From: Patescibacteria group bacterium
GTDB lineage: Bacteria; Patescibacteriota; Patescibacteriia; XYB2-FULL-38-15
Assembly (NCBI GenBank): GCA_041737355.1
Contig: JBGSRW010000008.1
Coordinates: 91,700 to 155,699, forward strand
Direction: 5' to 3'
Length of the DNA: 64,000 nt
The first letter of the stretch is position 1. Each line of letters opens with the position of its first letter. Positions 50,672 to 62,156 of this stretch are shown piece by piece. The translations under genes were made by a program, and so were the position numbers. The notes under the pieces were generated by a model. It was not told the origin of the DNA. It did not search any database and was given only the letters and a program-made list of their open reading frames with translations.

Positions 50672-52909
50672 TCACGGTTTCGCTCTTTTCAATCTCAAGG
50701 AATTAGCTACGACGCTGATGCTGGAGAGTCCCATGGCTGCAGCCGCGATCATCGGATTGAGCAAAATACCCCAAATCGGATAAAGAACGCCGGCGGCAAC
50801 TGGAATTAAAATCGTGTTGTAGGCGTATGCCCAGAAGAGATTCTGCTTGATTATTCGCATGGTCATTTTGGACAAATTTATTGCCGCGGAAACACCGCTT
50901 AAATCTCCTCTCATTAAGGTGATGCCGCCCGCCTCCATAGCTACGTCTGTTCCCGTGCCCATGGCAATTCCGACATCTGCAGCGGCGAGAGCTGGCGCAT
51001 CGTTAATCCCGTCACCGGCCATAGCGACAACCTTGCCTTCATCCTGCAATTTTTTTATTTCCTCGGATTTGTTCTCCGGCAAAACCCTTGCGATTACTCT
51101 CTCGATACCAACCTGTTTGGCAATAGCTTCCGCGGTTTTTTGATTGTCGCCGGTCATCATAATAACTTCGATGCCCATCTTTTTAATTTTTTCTATGGCC
51201 GACTTCGAGCTTGCCTTGGGTGTATCGGCTACGGCGATCAAGCCGACCTCCCTGCCGTCAACCGCCACAATCATCACCGTTTTCCCCTGCCCTTCAAGCT
51301 CGGAAGCTTTTTCGTCTCCGCCATCCGTAGAAATTCTTTGTCCAACCATGAGTTGTTTTGTCCCGACTAAAATTTTCTTGCCGTTAATTACCGCTTTAAC
51401 TCCCGCTCCGGCAATAGCCTCAAAATCAAAAACTTCTCCTGGGAAAATATTTTTTTCTTTAGCTGCCCCGACTATCGCTTCACCCAAAGGATGCTCGGAA
51501 TTTTTTTCCGCACTGGCGGCAAGATAAAGAATTTCATTTTCCGGCAACGCACCAAACGACATAATATCGGTTAAAACCGGCTTGCCAAGTGTTATCGTCC
51601 CTGTCTTATCCATAACAATGACGTTAACCTTATGGGCAATCTCCAGGCTTTCCGCATCTTTAATCAAAATTCCGTTCGCCGCTCCGACTCCGGTCCCAAC
51701 CATAATCGCCGTAGGCGTAGCAAGCCCCAGAGCGCAGGGACAAGCAATGATCAAGACTCCCACAAAATTCAAAAGTGCAAAAGTAAAGGCCGGTGCCGTA
51801 CCAAAAATAATCCAAACAGTAAACGTAACGGCGGCAATTGAAAGAACCGCGGGAACAAAAATCGCCGTAACCTTGTCGGCCAATCTCTGAATCGGCGCCT
51901 TTGATCCTTGGGCGCGGAGAACCAATTCGATAATTTGAGCAAGAACCGTGTCTCTGCCGACTTTAGTGGCTCGGAATTTGAATGAACCGAATTTATTGAT
52001 TGTCGCGCCGATCACCGAATCGCCGGTTTCTTTCGTAACCGGCATTGATTCGCCGGTCACCATCGATCCATCAATCGAAGTTTTCCCCAAAACAATAATA
52101 CCGTCAACGGGAATTTTTTCGCCCGGCCGGACAACAACAATATCTCCAACCGCCACATCTTCCACCGGAATATCAACTTCTTCGCCGTCGCGAAGGACGC
52201 GGGCTGTCTTGGCCCTCAGCCCCATCAATTTCTTGATTGCCGCCGAAGTCCCCGCCCTGGCCCTGGCCTCGAACAAACGGCCTAAAAGAATCAAGGTAAT
52301 AATTATTGCCGCCGTATCAAAATAAATATTGATTTCCAGGCCGGCGCTCCGAAAAAAATCCGGTAAAAAAATCGCTACAACGCTGTAGCCGTAAGCCGCC
52401 GAAGTGCCGACGGCAATCAGGGTGTCCATGTTGGCGACTCTGTTCTTTAACGCGATAAAAAATCTCCGATAGAACTGCCAGCCAACCCAAAATTGCACCG
52501 GCGTTGCCAAAAGAAAAATTACCATCTTATTCATTAATATTTCCGGGGTCCAGGGAAACCACTCCGGAAAACTGCCCCAAAAAACAAACAGACTTAAAAT
52601 TCCTCCAACAAAAACTTTTCCTTGAAGAGCTTTCACCTCCTGGTCCCTGAGCATCTTTTCGTGATCGTGTCCGGGAGGATGCTGTATTTCTCCGGCGGCC
52701 GCCGAGACGACTCCGTAACCAAGTTTTTTAATTGCGATTACGATTTCTTTTTCGCCGACTTTTGTTTCGTCATAATCAACCGCGGCTTTTCCGGCGGCAA
52801 AATTAACATTGACTTTTACCACGCCGCTTATTCTCTTGAGCGATATTTCTATATTCATGGCGCAACTGGCGCAATCCATCCCGGAAACTTCAAAAATTTG
52901 TTGTTTCAT
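50672..52909 (-). CDS. copA: Copper-translocating P1B-type ATPase
   Basis: N-terminal [14 protein letters not shown] in TM6, [15 protein letters not shown]. Confidence 0.9.
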   Translation of the reverse strand: MKQQIFEVSGMDCASCAMNIEISLKRISGVVKVNVNFAAGKAAVDYDETKVGEKEIVIAIKKLGYGVVSAAAGEIQHPPGHDHEKMLRDQEVKALQGKVFVGGILSLFVFWGSFPEWFPWTPEILMNKMVIFLLATPVQFWVGWQFYRRFFIALKNRVANMDTLIAVGTSAAYGYSVVAIFLPDFFRSAGLEINIYFDTAAIIITLILLGRLFEARARAGTSAAIKKLMGLRAKTARVLRDGEEVDIPVEDVAVGDIVVVRPGEKIPVDGIIVLGKTSIDGSMVTGESMPVTKETGDSVIGATINKFGSFKFRATKVGRDTVLAQIIELVLRAQGSKAPIQRLADKVTAIFVPAVLSIAAVTFTVWIIFGTAPAFTFALLNFVGVLIIACPCALGLATPTAIMVGTGVGAANGILIKDAESLEIAHKVNVIVMDKTGTITLGKPVLTDIMSFGALPENEILYLAASAEKNSEHPLGEAIVGAAKEKNIFPGEVFDFEAIAGAGVKAVINGKKILVGTKQLMVGQRISTDGGDEKASELEGQGKTVMIVAVDGREVGLIAVADTPKASSKSAIEKIKKMGIEVIMMTGDNQKTAEAIAKQVGIERVIARVLPENKSEEIKKLQDEGKVVAMAGDGINDAPALAAADVGIAMGTGTDVAMEAGGITLMRGDLSGVSAAINLSKMTMRIIKQNLFWAYAYNTILIPVAAGVLYPIWGILLNPMIAAAAMGLSSISVVANSLRLKRAKP

Positions 52910-52926
52910 ATTTAAAAATTATTAAT

Positions 52927-54069
52927 TTAATTATTTGTTATAATAAATTTTCCCCAGACCATTTTCATCCCGCAGGAAAAAGTAATTTCGCCTGCTTCGG
53001 TCGGAGTGAACTCAATAATATTTTCTCCGACCCTTAAGTTTTTCTTTATCCCGAATTTCTCCATCAAAATTGTGCTGGTACAACCGCTAAGCTGCTTGAC
53101 ATCAATAACCCAACGGACTGGTATACCCTTTTTGGCATATAAAACATTCGGCTCATATCCACGGTAAGTTAAATTCATTCTAACTGTCTGGTATTCTCCG
53201 ACTGGTTTTTCCTCATTAACAGAGCCAACCGTTTCTTGCCCGCGCGGCAATAAATTTTTCAAATTCCAGCCAAAATTAGCGAGTCCGCGATTGACCATAA
53301 AGAGCCCTAAAAGAATTACCACGACTCCGGAAACTCTCATCATTTTTTTTACTTTTTCGCCGGAAATCGATGAAACAAAGTAGCCAAAACTAAACATTAA
53401 AAAAACTGTGCCTAGGGCGAAAAAAAACATACTCAAAGCGCCAGTCAGAGCGCTGCCCGTGCCAAGAGCGTAAAACTGAACCGCCTGCAACGGACCGCAG
53501 GGCATTAAACCATTCAGCAAACCTATAATCAGAGGCCCCCTCGGCTTGGATTCATATTTCTGGGAAAACAAAAAATTTGCGACGGATGTCGGTACTTTTG
53601 ACTTCAGTATTTCAATAAAATTTATTTTTTTCACTAGAGACAGACCGAGCGCGATCATAAAGGCGGCCGCCACAAGAGTTAAAACCCCGGAAAAAACTGG
53701 ACTGACCCCGAAGAAAGACCCAACACCTCCTAAAATTCCGCCCACGGCGGTGTAGGAAATTATCCTCCCCAAATTATACAAAACATGCGGCGCAATTTTT
53801 TTCTCCCTTCTTTCTAAATTACAGACCGTTGTATAAGAAACTACAAATCCTCCGCACATACCAATGCAGTGAAAGCTCGCCAAAAAACCAATAAGAAAAA
53901 GCAGGCCATAGCCGATTTTGTCTTCGTTCAAGCGGGAAAAAACTTCGAGCGCTCCGTTTTTTTGCAAAATAAAATATAAACCGACTAAGGCAATAACTAC
54001 CAAACCGACCAAAATATACTTTATTGTCCTGAATTCAAAATTATTTTCTTCTACTTGTTTATCTGTCAT
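52927..54069 (-). CDS. Membrane protein (DsbD_2/TauE-like core with HCIGMCGG motif) fused to a C-terminal cupredoxin-like domain
   Basis: Polytopic region with CxxMCGG. C-terminal beta-rich domain of about 90 aa with CGMKM that resembles cupredoxin/CopC-like metal-binding domains. Confidence 0.5.
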   Translation of the reverse strand: MTDKQVEENNFEFRTIKYILVGLVVIALVGLYFILQKNGALEVFSRLNEDKIGYGLLFLIGFLASFHCIGMCGGFVVSYTTVCNLERREKKIAPHVLYNLGRIISYTAVGGILGGVGSFFGVSPVFSGVLTLVAAAFMIALGLSLVKKINFIEILKSKVPTSVANFLFSQKYESKPRGPLIIGLLNGLMPCGPLQAVQFYALGTGSALTGALSMFFFALGTVFLMFSFGYFVSSISGEKVKKMMRVSGVVVILLGLFMVNRGLANFGWNLKNLLPRGQETVGSVNEEKPVGEYQTVRMNLTYRGYEPNVLYAKKGIPVRWVIDVKQLSGCTSTILMEKFGIKKNLRVGENIIEFTPTEAGEITFSCGMKMVWGKFIITNN

Positions 54070-54344
54070 ACTTTACTGCTTGTTTTATAAATACCCAGGA
54101 GCTCTTCCGCCATGGCCCGCTGTTTGTTCTTATTTTTTCCGAGGGAAACATTCATCACGCATGTATCAAGATGGCTCGACAAAATCAATTCATTGACTTT
54201 ATGCAAAGCATTAATCACCGCCTTATTTTGCTTGATGATATCTATGCAATAAGCGTCTTTTTCAAGCATTTTTTTGATTCCGTCGAGATGCCCCTTAAGA
54301 TAGTTCATTCTTTTAAGACACTCTCTTTTCACCGCTGGTTTCAT
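54066..54344 (-). CDS. csoR: CsoR/RcnR-family metal-sensing transcriptional repressor
   Basis: DUF156 fold with the C...H...C ligand pattern (YCIDI...H...C). First gene of the copper operon. Confidence 0.7.
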   Translation of the reverse strand: MKPAVKRECLKRMNYLKGHLDGIKKMLEKDAYCIDIIKQNKAVINALHKVNELILSSHLDTCVMNVSLGKNKNKQRAMAEELLGIYKTSSKV

Positions 54345-54390
54345 AATTTTTATCAGTCATTATTAATTAAATATTATTATTTTTTCTCAA

Positions 54391-54425
54391 ACCCTCCCCC
54401 ATGGGGTATGGGTATACCATACCAT
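54391..54425. promoter_or_regulatory. Candidate CsoR operator: two adjacent G+C-rich palindromes (CCCCATGGGG and GGTATGG-GTATAC-CATACC)
   Basis: Sits in the AT-rich promoter region upstream of csoR. Resembles known CsoR boxes of the TACCC...GGGTA type. Confidence 0.4.
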
Positions 54426-54519
54426 TCAGGAAAAACTGCGTCAAGAAAAGTTATCCACAAAGACTCTCCACCTTGACAAAATATAAAAATTAATTCACTC
54501 TTAGAGTAGGAGGTAAGCG

Positions 54520-54978
54520 ATGGTTATTTACGGAAAAGATTTCCCCTTCCTTCTCTATTCCGCCGCCTACCGCATTGTCAAGTTGCAGCCCTACCATTTT
54601 CCCTGGCCGAAGAAGGAGCAATTCTGGAAGGCGCCGCATGAAGTGACGAGCCACGAGCTCTGGCACACGCTCCGAGAACTCTACGTGTGGCTCACGGCTC
54701 ATCACCAGCCGTTCCCTTTTTCGCGGCCGGAAATTTTCGCCGAACCGCAAGAAATGGACGTCGTCGGAATAGCGCAAAACCTGCTCGAAATGGCCATGCT
54801 TGCCATGGAGGGGCATCCGTCGCCTGAAGCGCATCGCAATCCGAAACACTTCGGTGAGTGCCCATTCTGCCTCGGTTGCTACACCAATCTTGTCGGCGCT
54901 TTCGTCGGCAAACTCTACAACGACACGAACTTCCGGCTCACTCTTCTCCGCACTCCATATCAATCTCAGCCGAGTTAA
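54520..54978 (+). CDS. Hypothetical protein, 152 aa, with CPFCLGC motif (cassette K)
   Basis: TAGGAGG SD before the ATG. A TTGACA -35 lies upstream. G+C-rich. Confidence 0.45.
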   Translation: MVIYGKDFPFLLYSAAYRIVKLQPYHFPWPKKEQFWKAPHEVTSHELWHTLRELYVWLTAHHQPFPFSRPEIFAEPQEMDVVGIAQNLLEMAMLAMEGHPSPEAHRNPKHFGECPFCLGCYTNLVGAFVGKLYNDTNFRLTLLRTPYQSQPS

Positions 54979-55043
54979 AAACGCTCATAAAATCCGGTGA
55001 GGACCATCGCTCCAAGGTTTGCCAGACGGCGGACCTTTTTTAT

Positions 55044-55090
55044 TTTACAAAAAGCGCTCCGGAATTTTCCGGAGCGCTTTATAATATTTT
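55044..55090. terminator. Bidirectional terminator between cassette K and secF
   Basis: 9-bp gcgctccgg/ccggagcgc hairpin flanked by A-runs and T-runs. Confidence 0.55.
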
Positions 55091-55097
55091 TTATTAA

Positions 55098-56000
55098 TTA
55101 TCTTTTGCGCATATTTATCTTTTCCCAGGTTACGAGCAGCGGACTCGCGATAAAAATCGAAGAATAGGCGCCAAGCCCGATACCGATAATCAAAGCCAAA
55201 GCAAAATACTTCACCGACTCCCCTCCCCAGAAAAATACGGCTACGAGGGCGAGCAAAGTCGTGAAAGTTGTATTGATAGAGCGGGCAAAAGTCTGGTTGA
55301 CGCTTTCGTTGACAATTTTATCAAAATGTTCGTAATCGCCGCCGGAATGCAATAGATTTTCCCTGACTCTGTCGAAGACGACGATCGTATCATTGACCGA
55401 GTAACCCAAGATGGTTAAAATCGCCGCGACAAAAGCACTATTTATTTCTACCCCCATAAATCTTCCGAGTACCGCGAAAACCCCGATAGGAACTCCGATA
55501 TCATGGATTAGAACAAGAACGGCAATCGTTCCGTATTTCCACGAAGCGATCGGTTTGGCAACTTTTCTGAATGCCCAGGCGATATAAACGATAATACAAA
55601 CCAACACTACAACTATGGAGTAAAGTGCTTTCGTCCGGAGTTCCTTACCGATTGTCGGACCGATTGATTCAAAACGGCTTTCTTCGACATTACTGAATTT
55701 TTCCTTGAGTTTGCCCAATATCTCCTGATGTTTCGGCTCATCCACCGTTTTAAATCTGGCAATCGCGCCCTGGTCCCCGACCGGCTGAAGACTGGCGTTT
55801 TCCGCGCCAAAAGTCGCCAAGTCAGAAGCCAGCTCCGAGATAGCCGGACGGTTATCTTTAAAAGTCAATTCCATGAGTGATCCGCCGGTAAAATCAATGC
55901 CGAACTTAAGTCCCCAGAGACCTACAGCCAAGGCACTTAAAATAACAAGCGCCGCGGTAATGCCAAGCCATAATTTTCTATAACCAATAATGTTGATCAT
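55098..56000 (-). CDS. secF: Protein translocase subunit SecF
   Basis: Conserved SecF TM core. Confidence 0.9.
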   Translation of the reverse strand: MINIIGYRKLWLGITAALVILSALAVGLWGLKFGIDFTGGSLMELTFKDNRPAISELASDLATFGAENASLQPVGDQGAIARFKTVDEPKHQEILGKLKEKFSNVEESRFESIGPTIGKELRTKALYSIVVVLVCIIVYIAWAFRKVAKPIASWKYGTIAVLVLIHDIGVPIGVFAVLGRFMGVEINSAFVAAILTILGYSVNDTIVVFDRVRENLLHSGGDYEHFDKIVNESVNQTFARSINTTFTTLLALVAVFFWGGESVKYFALALIIGIGLGAYSSIFIASPLLVTWEKINMRKR

Positions 56001-56014
56001 ACGTATAATGCAAA

Positions 56015-58072
56015 TTAATTACTTTTTCTTTTTACTCCAAAAAGCCAGGTGCCATGAAACCAAGGCACGATGAGCTTCAGGAACATTCTTGTCACCGTGA
56101 GCGCCGAAAGCATGCTCAGGATAACACCAACCGAAAGCGTCAGAGCAAAACCCTTTATCATGCTGGTTGAAAACCAGAACAGAACGAGACAAGAAATCAG
56201 GGTAGTAAAATTTCCGTCGCGGATTGACGGCCAAGCGCGTCTAAAAGCCTCATCAATCGCCGAGCCAAGCGGCTTACCCCATTTTAATTCTTCTTTCAAT
56301 CTTTCAAAGATAAGAACGTTTGCGTCAACAGCCATACCGACCGAAAGGACAAAACCGGCAATACCGGCCAAGGTCAGGGTTACCGGAATCAATTTGAATA
56401 TAGCGAGAATAATCGCAGCATAAAATACCAAGGCAATCGCCGAAAGTAAACCCGGCAAACGGTAATACAAAATCATAAAGACGACAACCACTAAAAATCC
56501 TATCATTGCGGCAACTAAACTTTTCGCCACCGATTCTTGGCCAAGCGCCGCGCCAACCGTCTCTTGGCTGATCAAATTAATTGGAACGGGTAACGCGCCG
56601 GCGTTAAGCCTTTGCGCCAGAAGTTTTGCCTCCGGAACGGTAAAGCTACCATTAATAACCGCCTTGCCTTCCTTAATTGGCTCCTGGACCCGCGGTATGG
56701 AAATCGGCTGGCCGTCCAGAAAGATAGCCACATTTTTCCCGACATTCCGCTCGGTTATTTCACCGAACAATTTTTTACCCTCGTCGTTAAACTCCAAACC
56801 GACTTCCGGGGCGTTTGTATTCGGATCAAACTGGACTTGGGCCCGGACAAGTTGTTTACCGGTCAAACCGGTATATTTCCATTCATCGGCCGGAGGCAGA
56901 ATTTCCTCTTTGGTTTTTTTATCAAAAAGAATTCTAGAAACTCTGTATTCCGGAACCGCCCGCTCGTCCGTTTTATAAATCAGGTGATAGCCGAAATCTG
57001 TTTCGATCACCTCGGAAATTTCCCCTACTTTCACGGCAAAAGTCGCATCTTCAAACGGCTTGACCATCATTCCCTTGCTAAACCATCCCAAATCGCCGCC
57101 CGACTCGGACGCTCCCGGCTCGGTTGAATTGGTCTTAACCAAATCAATAAAATTCTCTTTGGTCGCTTGCGCCTTAAGTTCGTCGATTTTTCTTCTGGCG
57201 TCCTCTTTCGACAATTCGCTAGTACAGCCCTGCGCTCCGCTCCAACAAATCAATAAATGGTTGGCTTGGACTTCTTTCGCATCCTGCACGCCAACCAGTT
57301 TGATTATGCTTATATCGGCATCTGTTTCAATGAGCTTACTTGTCTGGCCGACTTTCAATTTGGCCACCTCTTCATAGAGCGCGGCATAAGGCCCGTCTTT
57401 AGCAATAAAACCAAGATCTCCGCCGACCCCCTTGGTCGCCTCGTCGGAAGAATATTCCTTGGCCAGGGCGGAAAAATCTGCATCTTTGGCTTTAGCTTTT
57501 TTCAACACTTCATTGGCCGTTTTCTTGGCTTCGGCATTATAATTGTTCATTTCCTTTTTCTCTTCCGCGGTCAGTTCGCGCGTTTCAATCACCCCCTCTT
57601 CCTTGAATTCCAAAAGCGGCGTTTCACCAATCATTTTGATAGCTTGCGAAACGTCTTTGACTCCGGCGAGCTCAACTATAACCCTCTGGCTGTCTCCGGC
57701 GCTTGTTGTCTGCACGACCGGCTCGGCTACGCCAAAAGCGTTGATTCTTCTTTCAATAACATCCCGCACGCCTTCAAGGGCGCTGTCCTGGTCCTTGCTC
57801 GGAATAGCCGAAGTATCGGCCTCATAAACCAAATGGGTTCCGCCTTGCAAATCAAGGCCAAGATGGAATGGCAATTTATAAAACTGCGGCAATCCAATGC
57901 CGGTTGTTTTCTTTAACCAATCAACACCCTTGTCGTAATAATTCGGATAATCCAAAAGCCCGGACAGGGTCGTGATGGCAAGAATTAAAACAATGAGCCA
58001 CCAAATTTTGGCTCTCGGAGTTGTGAAGATCTTTTTCCCCGCGTTTGCGAAGAATCTTTTGATTTTGTTCAT
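56015..58072 (-). CDS. secD: Protein translocase subunit SecD carrying two parvulin (PpiC)-type PPIase-like domains in the periplasmic region
   Basis: SecD N-terminus (LGLDLQGGTHLVYE) and C-terminal TM bundle. Insertions with the parvulin signatures GGDLGFIAKDGP and GGDLGWFSKGMMVKPFEDATF...FGYHLIYK. Confidence 0.85.
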   Translation of the reverse strand: MNKIKRFFANAGKKIFTTPRAKIWWLIVLILAITTLSGLLDYPNYYDKGVDWLKKTTGIGLPQFYKLPFHLGLDLQGGTHLVYEADTSAIPSKDQDSALEGVRDVIERRINAFGVAEPVVQTTSAGDSQRVIVELAGVKDVSQAIKMIGETPLLEFKEEGVIETRELTAEEKKEMNNYNAEAKKTANEVLKKAKAKDADFSALAKEYSSDEATKGVGGDLGFIAKDGPYAALYEEVAKLKVGQTSKLIETDADISIIKLVGVQDAKEVQANHLLICWSGAQGCTSELSKEDARRKIDELKAQATKENFIDLVKTNSTEPGASESGGDLGWFSKGMMVKPFEDATFAVKVGEISEVIETDFGYHLIYKTDERAVPEYRVSRILFDKKTKEEILPPADEWKYTGLTGKQLVRAQVQFDPNTNAPEVGLEFNDEGKKLFGEITERNVGKNVAIFLDGQPISIPRVQEPIKEGKAVINGSFTVPEAKLLAQRLNAGALPVPINLISQETVGAALGQESVAKSLVAAMIGFLVVVVFMILYYRLPGLLSAIALVFYAAIILAIFKLIPVTLTLAGIAGFVLSVGMAVDANVLIFERLKEELKWGKPLGSAIDEAFRRAWPSIRDGNFTTLISCLVLFWFSTSMIKGFALTLSVGVILSMLSALTVTRMFLKLIVPWFHGTWLFGVKRKSN

Positions 58073-58317
58073 AAATACATGCTGTGTTGCCTGTGTCGCT
58101 CGGGAAAAGCGCTGGCGCTTTTCCTCTCGCTATCCTCGGCAATAAAAAAATTATCCTCCTACAGATATTTTTTATAGTTTAGCGCAAATTGATTAAAGTG
58201 TAAAGGTTAACTCTCACTAAGAAATTTATAGCCTTTTTACTCCCTCCTTTGGCAGGAGAGGGTTGTAGAGGACGTTAGAACCCTGTAACGAAGATACCTA
58301 TATACCAGATACCAGAT

Positions 58318-58776
58318 TTAAATTTTCAACAGACTAGCAATAATTAAAACTATTCCTGCGGCCAAAAGACATCCAGCCATTTTACCTACAGCTGAACCCA
58401 ACATAGTACGCTGGTCAGAAATATTATTTTTTCTCATTTTCTCAGCTATATATCCTTCAAATATTCCAGCGATGCCATCTGTTACAGCATTGCCAACGAC
58501 ACCCCCTATTACTGCGCCAATTACTCCTGCCATCTCACCGCCAAAAATCGCCAATATTGCCAAAATACCATTATCAACCAACCCGAAAACAATATCTGCC
58601 CAAATTGTATTGATTGGTATTTTAAAAGGAATTAAGGATAGAAGGCAAAGAATACCTAATCCTAAAATTACCAAACCTATCAATTGAGAATCATAAATAA
58701 AATAAAAACTGACTGCAAAAATAACAATGCAAAGTATAATTATATTTATAATGGCTGAAATAAAATAATTTTTCAT
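58318..58776 (-). CDS. Hypothetical polytopic membrane protein, Gly-rich helices
   Basis: ORF plus hydrophobicity. Confidence 0.4.
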   Translation of the reverse strand: MKNYFISAIINIIILCIVIFAVSFYFIYDSQLIGLVILGLGILCLLSLIPFKIPINTIWADIVFGLVDNGILAILAIFGGEMAGVIGAVIGGVVGNAVTDGIAGIFEGYIAEKMRKNNISDQRTMLGSAVGKMAGCLLAAGIVLIIASLLKI

Positions 58777-58828
58777 ATTTTAGTGCAAAGAGACTAATGT
58801 ATAAAGATACTATTATATCCGCTTTTCA

Positions 58829-61543
58829 TTATTTTCCACAACACTTTTTATACTTTTGCCCGGACCCGCAAGGACACGGATCATTTCTCCCGATTTTGTC
58901 GCCTTCCGCAGTGCGCGGCTTGGCTTTGATATCGGCAACTTGGTTCCGGCTATCGGCGTCTTTCGCCGGCGCGGAAAGCCTTACCCCGCGGCGTTCCATC
59001 ATGGACGGCGCCGGTTCGGCGGATAAACCGACTTTATAAATACTGTAAACGACTTCTTTGTTGATGTAGTGCAATAATTCCTGGAACATCCGGTATGTTT
59101 CCCGTTTATATTCAACGAGCGGATCGCGCTGGCCATAACCGCGCAAACCGATTCCTGTGCGCAAATAATCAACCGCGCTCAAATGATCAACCCAAAGCGT
59201 ATCAATCGCCCGGATCGCAAGGCCTTGCTCAATTTGTCTCATCATTTTTGACCCGTCCTGATTAAGCTTTACCGCCTGCTCATTGATTTTCCCTTCCAGC
59301 TCCCCGTAAGCCTTTCTGGCAAGTTCCATCAAATATTCGATGATGCGCGTCCGGACGGCCGCGTCGTGCGCCTTGTCTCCCGCCCAGCGGCGGAGATCGT
59401 CTATTTTTATCCGCGTTTCTTTGGCTACCGGAAAAATTGTTCCGACTACCTCGTAAATTTCTTCCAGATTCCAGTCCCCCTCCTGCTCCGAAGCGGTGTG
59501 GAATAAAACGACCTGCTCGATTTCGTCTTCAATCATTTCCAAAACTTTTTCCTTGCTGTTCTCCGCCGCCAAAATATCGCGGCGTTTTTTATAAATAACT
59601 TCGCGATGCTTGTTTAAAACATCATCATAGTCAAGCAGATGTTTTCTGATATCAAAATTTTGTCCTTCAACCCGGCGCTGGGCAGATTCAATGGATTTGG
59701 AAACCATCCGGTTCTCAATCGGCATATCTTCCGGCATATTGAGACGATTCATCAGCCCTTTCAGCCGGTCTCCGGCAAAAATTCTCATCAAATCATCCTC
59801 GAGCGAAAGATAAAACTGCGAGGAGCCAGGATCTCCTTGGCGCCCGGCCCGGCCGCGCAGCTGATTGTCTATACGGCGCGATTCGTGCCGCTCAGTGCCG
59901 ATAATATGCAGCCCGCCCAAAGCTTTAACTTTTTCCGCTTCCTCTTTTGACGGCGGATTTCCTCCCAAAATAATATCAACGCCGCGGCCCGCCATGTTTG
60001 TCGCGACGGTTACCGCCCCGAGACGCCCGGCCTGGGAGATTATTTCCGCTTCTTTTTCGTGATGCTTGGCGTTCAATAGTTGGTGCGGAATTCCTTCACG
60101 TTCAAGAATTTGCCCCAAAATTTCGTTTTTCTCAATTGAAATCGTGCCGACCAAAACGGGCTGACCTTTTTCATGCCTTTCTTTTATTTCCCGCGCCACG
60201 GCCATAAACTTTCCTTCTTCGCTCTTATAGATCCGGTCGGCGGAATCTGCCCGGACCATCGGTTTATTGGTCGGGATAGAAACAACTTCCAAATTGTAAA
60301 TTTTTGAAAATTCCTCCGCTTCGGTAAGAGCGGTGCCGGTCATGCCGGCCAATTTCTTATAAAGCCGGAAAAGATTTTGAAAAGTAACGGTCGCTAAAGT
60401 TTTCGATTCCTCGCGGACCCGGACGCCCTCTTTGGCCTCGATCGCCTGATGCAACCCCTCGCTGTAGCGCCGCCCCATCATCATCCGGCCGGTAAATTCA
60501 TCGACAATAATAACTTCGCCTTCGCGGACAACATAATCGCGATCCCGCTTGAACAAAGTTTCGGCGCGTAAGGCCTGCTCGATATGATGGACCATTTCGA
60601 TTCCGCCGGAAGTGTAAATATTTTCGACCCCGAGCCATTTCTCCATTTTGGCGATACCGGCCTCGGTCAAAGTTGCCGCCCGCATTTTCTCATCAATATT
60701 ATAATCCTCGTTTTCCTTGAGGCGCCTAACGAGATCGGCAAATTTTGCATAAAGTTCTCCGGATTCCTCGGCCGGAGCGGAAATAATCAAAGGAGTCCGC
60801 GCTTCGTCGATCAAGATGCTGTCAACTTCGTCAACAATTGCGTAATGAAGTTCCCGCTGAACCATGTTGGTGAGGTTCGTCACCATGTTGTCGCGCAGAT
60901 AATCAAAACCGAACTCATTGTTGGTTCCGTAAAGAATATCCGCGGCATATGCATCTTTTCTCGGCACTGGACGTAAAAATTCTTGGACAATCTTAAAACT
61001 TGCGATCTGTTCGGAACCATCTTCCGGAATGGCTTCATTTTTGTATTCCGGATCATAAACAAAAGCCGCTTCGTGTTGGATGCAACCAACCGAAAGGCCG
61101 AGCGCGTGATAAATTCTTCCCATCCAGACCGCGTCTCTTTTCGCCAGATAATCGTTAACTGTAACAATATGAACACCCTTCCCGGAAAGAGCGTTCAAAT
61201 ACACCGGCAATGTCGCGGTCAAAGTTTTTCCTTCGCCAGTTTTCATTTCGGCAATCTGTCCGCGGTGCAAAATTACTCCGCCAATAAGCTGGGCATCAAA
61301 ATGGCGCTGGCCGAGAATTCTTTTTGATGTTTCTCTTACCGCGGCGAAAGCTTCCGGCAAAAGATCATCCAAATTTTCTCCTTTTCCAACCCTCTCTTTA
61401 AATTTCGCAGTCTGCCCTCTCAACTCTTCATTAGAAAACGACTCGAATTTTGGTTCGAGGTCGTTAATGAGCCTTATTGTCGGCTCGATCTTTTCTATAG
61501 TTTTTTTATTTGGATCACCAAATATCTTTTCAAGAAAAGACAT
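58829..61543 (-). CDS. secA: Preprotein translocase ATPase SecA with C-terminal zinc-binding tail
   Basis: DEAD motor motifs and C-terminal [14 protein letters not shown]. Confidence 0.95.
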   Translation of the reverse strand: MSFLEKIFGDPNKKTIEKIEPTIRLINDLEPKFESFSNEELRGQTAKFKERVGKGENLDDLLPEAFAAVRETSKRILGQRHFDAQLIGGVILHRGQIAEMKTGEGKTLTATLPVYLNALSGKGVHIVTVNDYLAKRDAVWMGRIYHALGLSVGCIQHEAAFVYDPEYKNEAIPEDGSEQIASFKIVQEFLRPVPRKDAYAADILYGTNNEFGFDYLRDNMVTNLTNMVQRELHYAIVDEVDSILIDEARTPLIISAPAEESGELYAKFADLVRRLKENEDYNIDEKMRAATLTEAGIAKMEKWLGVENIYTSGGIEMVHHIEQALRAETLFKRDRDYVVREGEVIIVDEFTGRMMMGRRYSEGLHQAIEAKEGVRVREESKTLATVTFQNLFRLYKKLAGMTGTALTEAEEFSKIYNLEVVSIPTNKPMVRADSADRIYKSEEGKFMAVAREIKERHEKGQPVLVGTISIEKNEILGQILEREGIPHQLLNAKHHEKEAEIISQAGRLGAVTVATNMAGRGVDIILGGNPPSKEEAEKVKALGGLHIIGTERHESRRIDNQLRGRAGRQGDPGSSQFYLSLEDDLMRIFAGDRLKGLMNRLNMPEDMPIENRMVSKSIESAQRRVEGQNFDIRKHLLDYDDVLNKHREVIYKKRRDILAAENSKEKVLEMIEDEIEQVVLFHTASEQEGDWNLEEIYEVVGTIFPVAKETRIKIDDLRRWAGDKAHDAAVRTRIIEYLMELARKAYGELEGKINEQAVKLNQDGSKMMRQIEQGLAIRAIDTLWVDHLSAVDYLRTGIGLRGYGQRDPLVEYKRETYRMFQELLHYINKEVVYSIYKVGLSAEPAPSMMERRGVRLSAPAKDADSRNQVADIKAKPRTAEGDKIGRNDPCPCGSGQKYKKCCGK

Positions 61544-61552
61544 GTTGATATA

Positions 61553-62095
61553 TTAAGGGACAAATACAGCGGCGGAAATTACCGTTGTCCAGAGGCCGTT
61601 TTTGTCCGCAATGGCCGATTGTGTAATATTGGTTGTTTTAATTATCTTTCCGCTGACTTTGTAAATCTGCTCTCTCTCGTCCCAAGCCTGATTGGAATCG
61701 AATTCGACGCCGAGCGTTGAAGCAAGCATTGAAGCGGCCAGATCTTCCGCGTAGTCGCCGGCCTTCTGATCCGTTTCTCCGAAAGGATGATGCTCGGAAA
61801 GATAACCGTAGTGCGTCGGATCGGACGGCAGAGCTAAACCAATTGACGAGGCGATAAGCCGGTTCGGCTCATTAGTCGCGTTTCTCGCCATAACACAGAA
61901 AACTACTTCTCCGGCCTTCAATTCCGCCAAACCCTGTGTCTTATTTATCATTTTACATCCTGGCGGAAAAATACTCGAGACACAGACAATATTAAATTTC
62001 TCAATTCCGGCATCACGAAGCGCCGCCTCAAAGGCTTGGAGCATTTCTTTGTGCCGACCCACACCTTTGGTAAAGAATACTTTTGTTGGTACCAT
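61553..62095 (-). CDS. pdaD: Pyruvoyl-dependent arginine decarboxylase
   Basis: PdaD-like N-terminus ([13 protein letters not shown]...) and the self-cleavage VSS motif (VCVSSIFPP). Confidence 0.7.
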   Translation of the reverse strand: MVPTKVFFTKGVGRHKEMLQAFEAALRDAGIEKFNIVCVSSIFPPGCKMINKTQGLAELKAGEVVFCVMARNATNEPNRLIASSIGLALPSDPTHYGYLSEHHPFGETDQKAGDYAEDLAASMLASTLGVEFDSNQAWDEREQIYKVSGKIIKTTNITQSAIADKNGLWTTVISAAVFVP

Positions 62096-62156
62096 CTCTT
62101 TAAAAATTAGTAATTATCCGCCAGAGGCGGATCCGCCTTGGGCGGAAAAATTAAAA

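Noticed and set aside
58280-58320. Short tandem repeat accagat-accagat, and the question of a CRISPR array anywhere in the window
   Set aside because: Only two 7-nt copies. No repeat-spacer periodicity was seen anywhere in the window.
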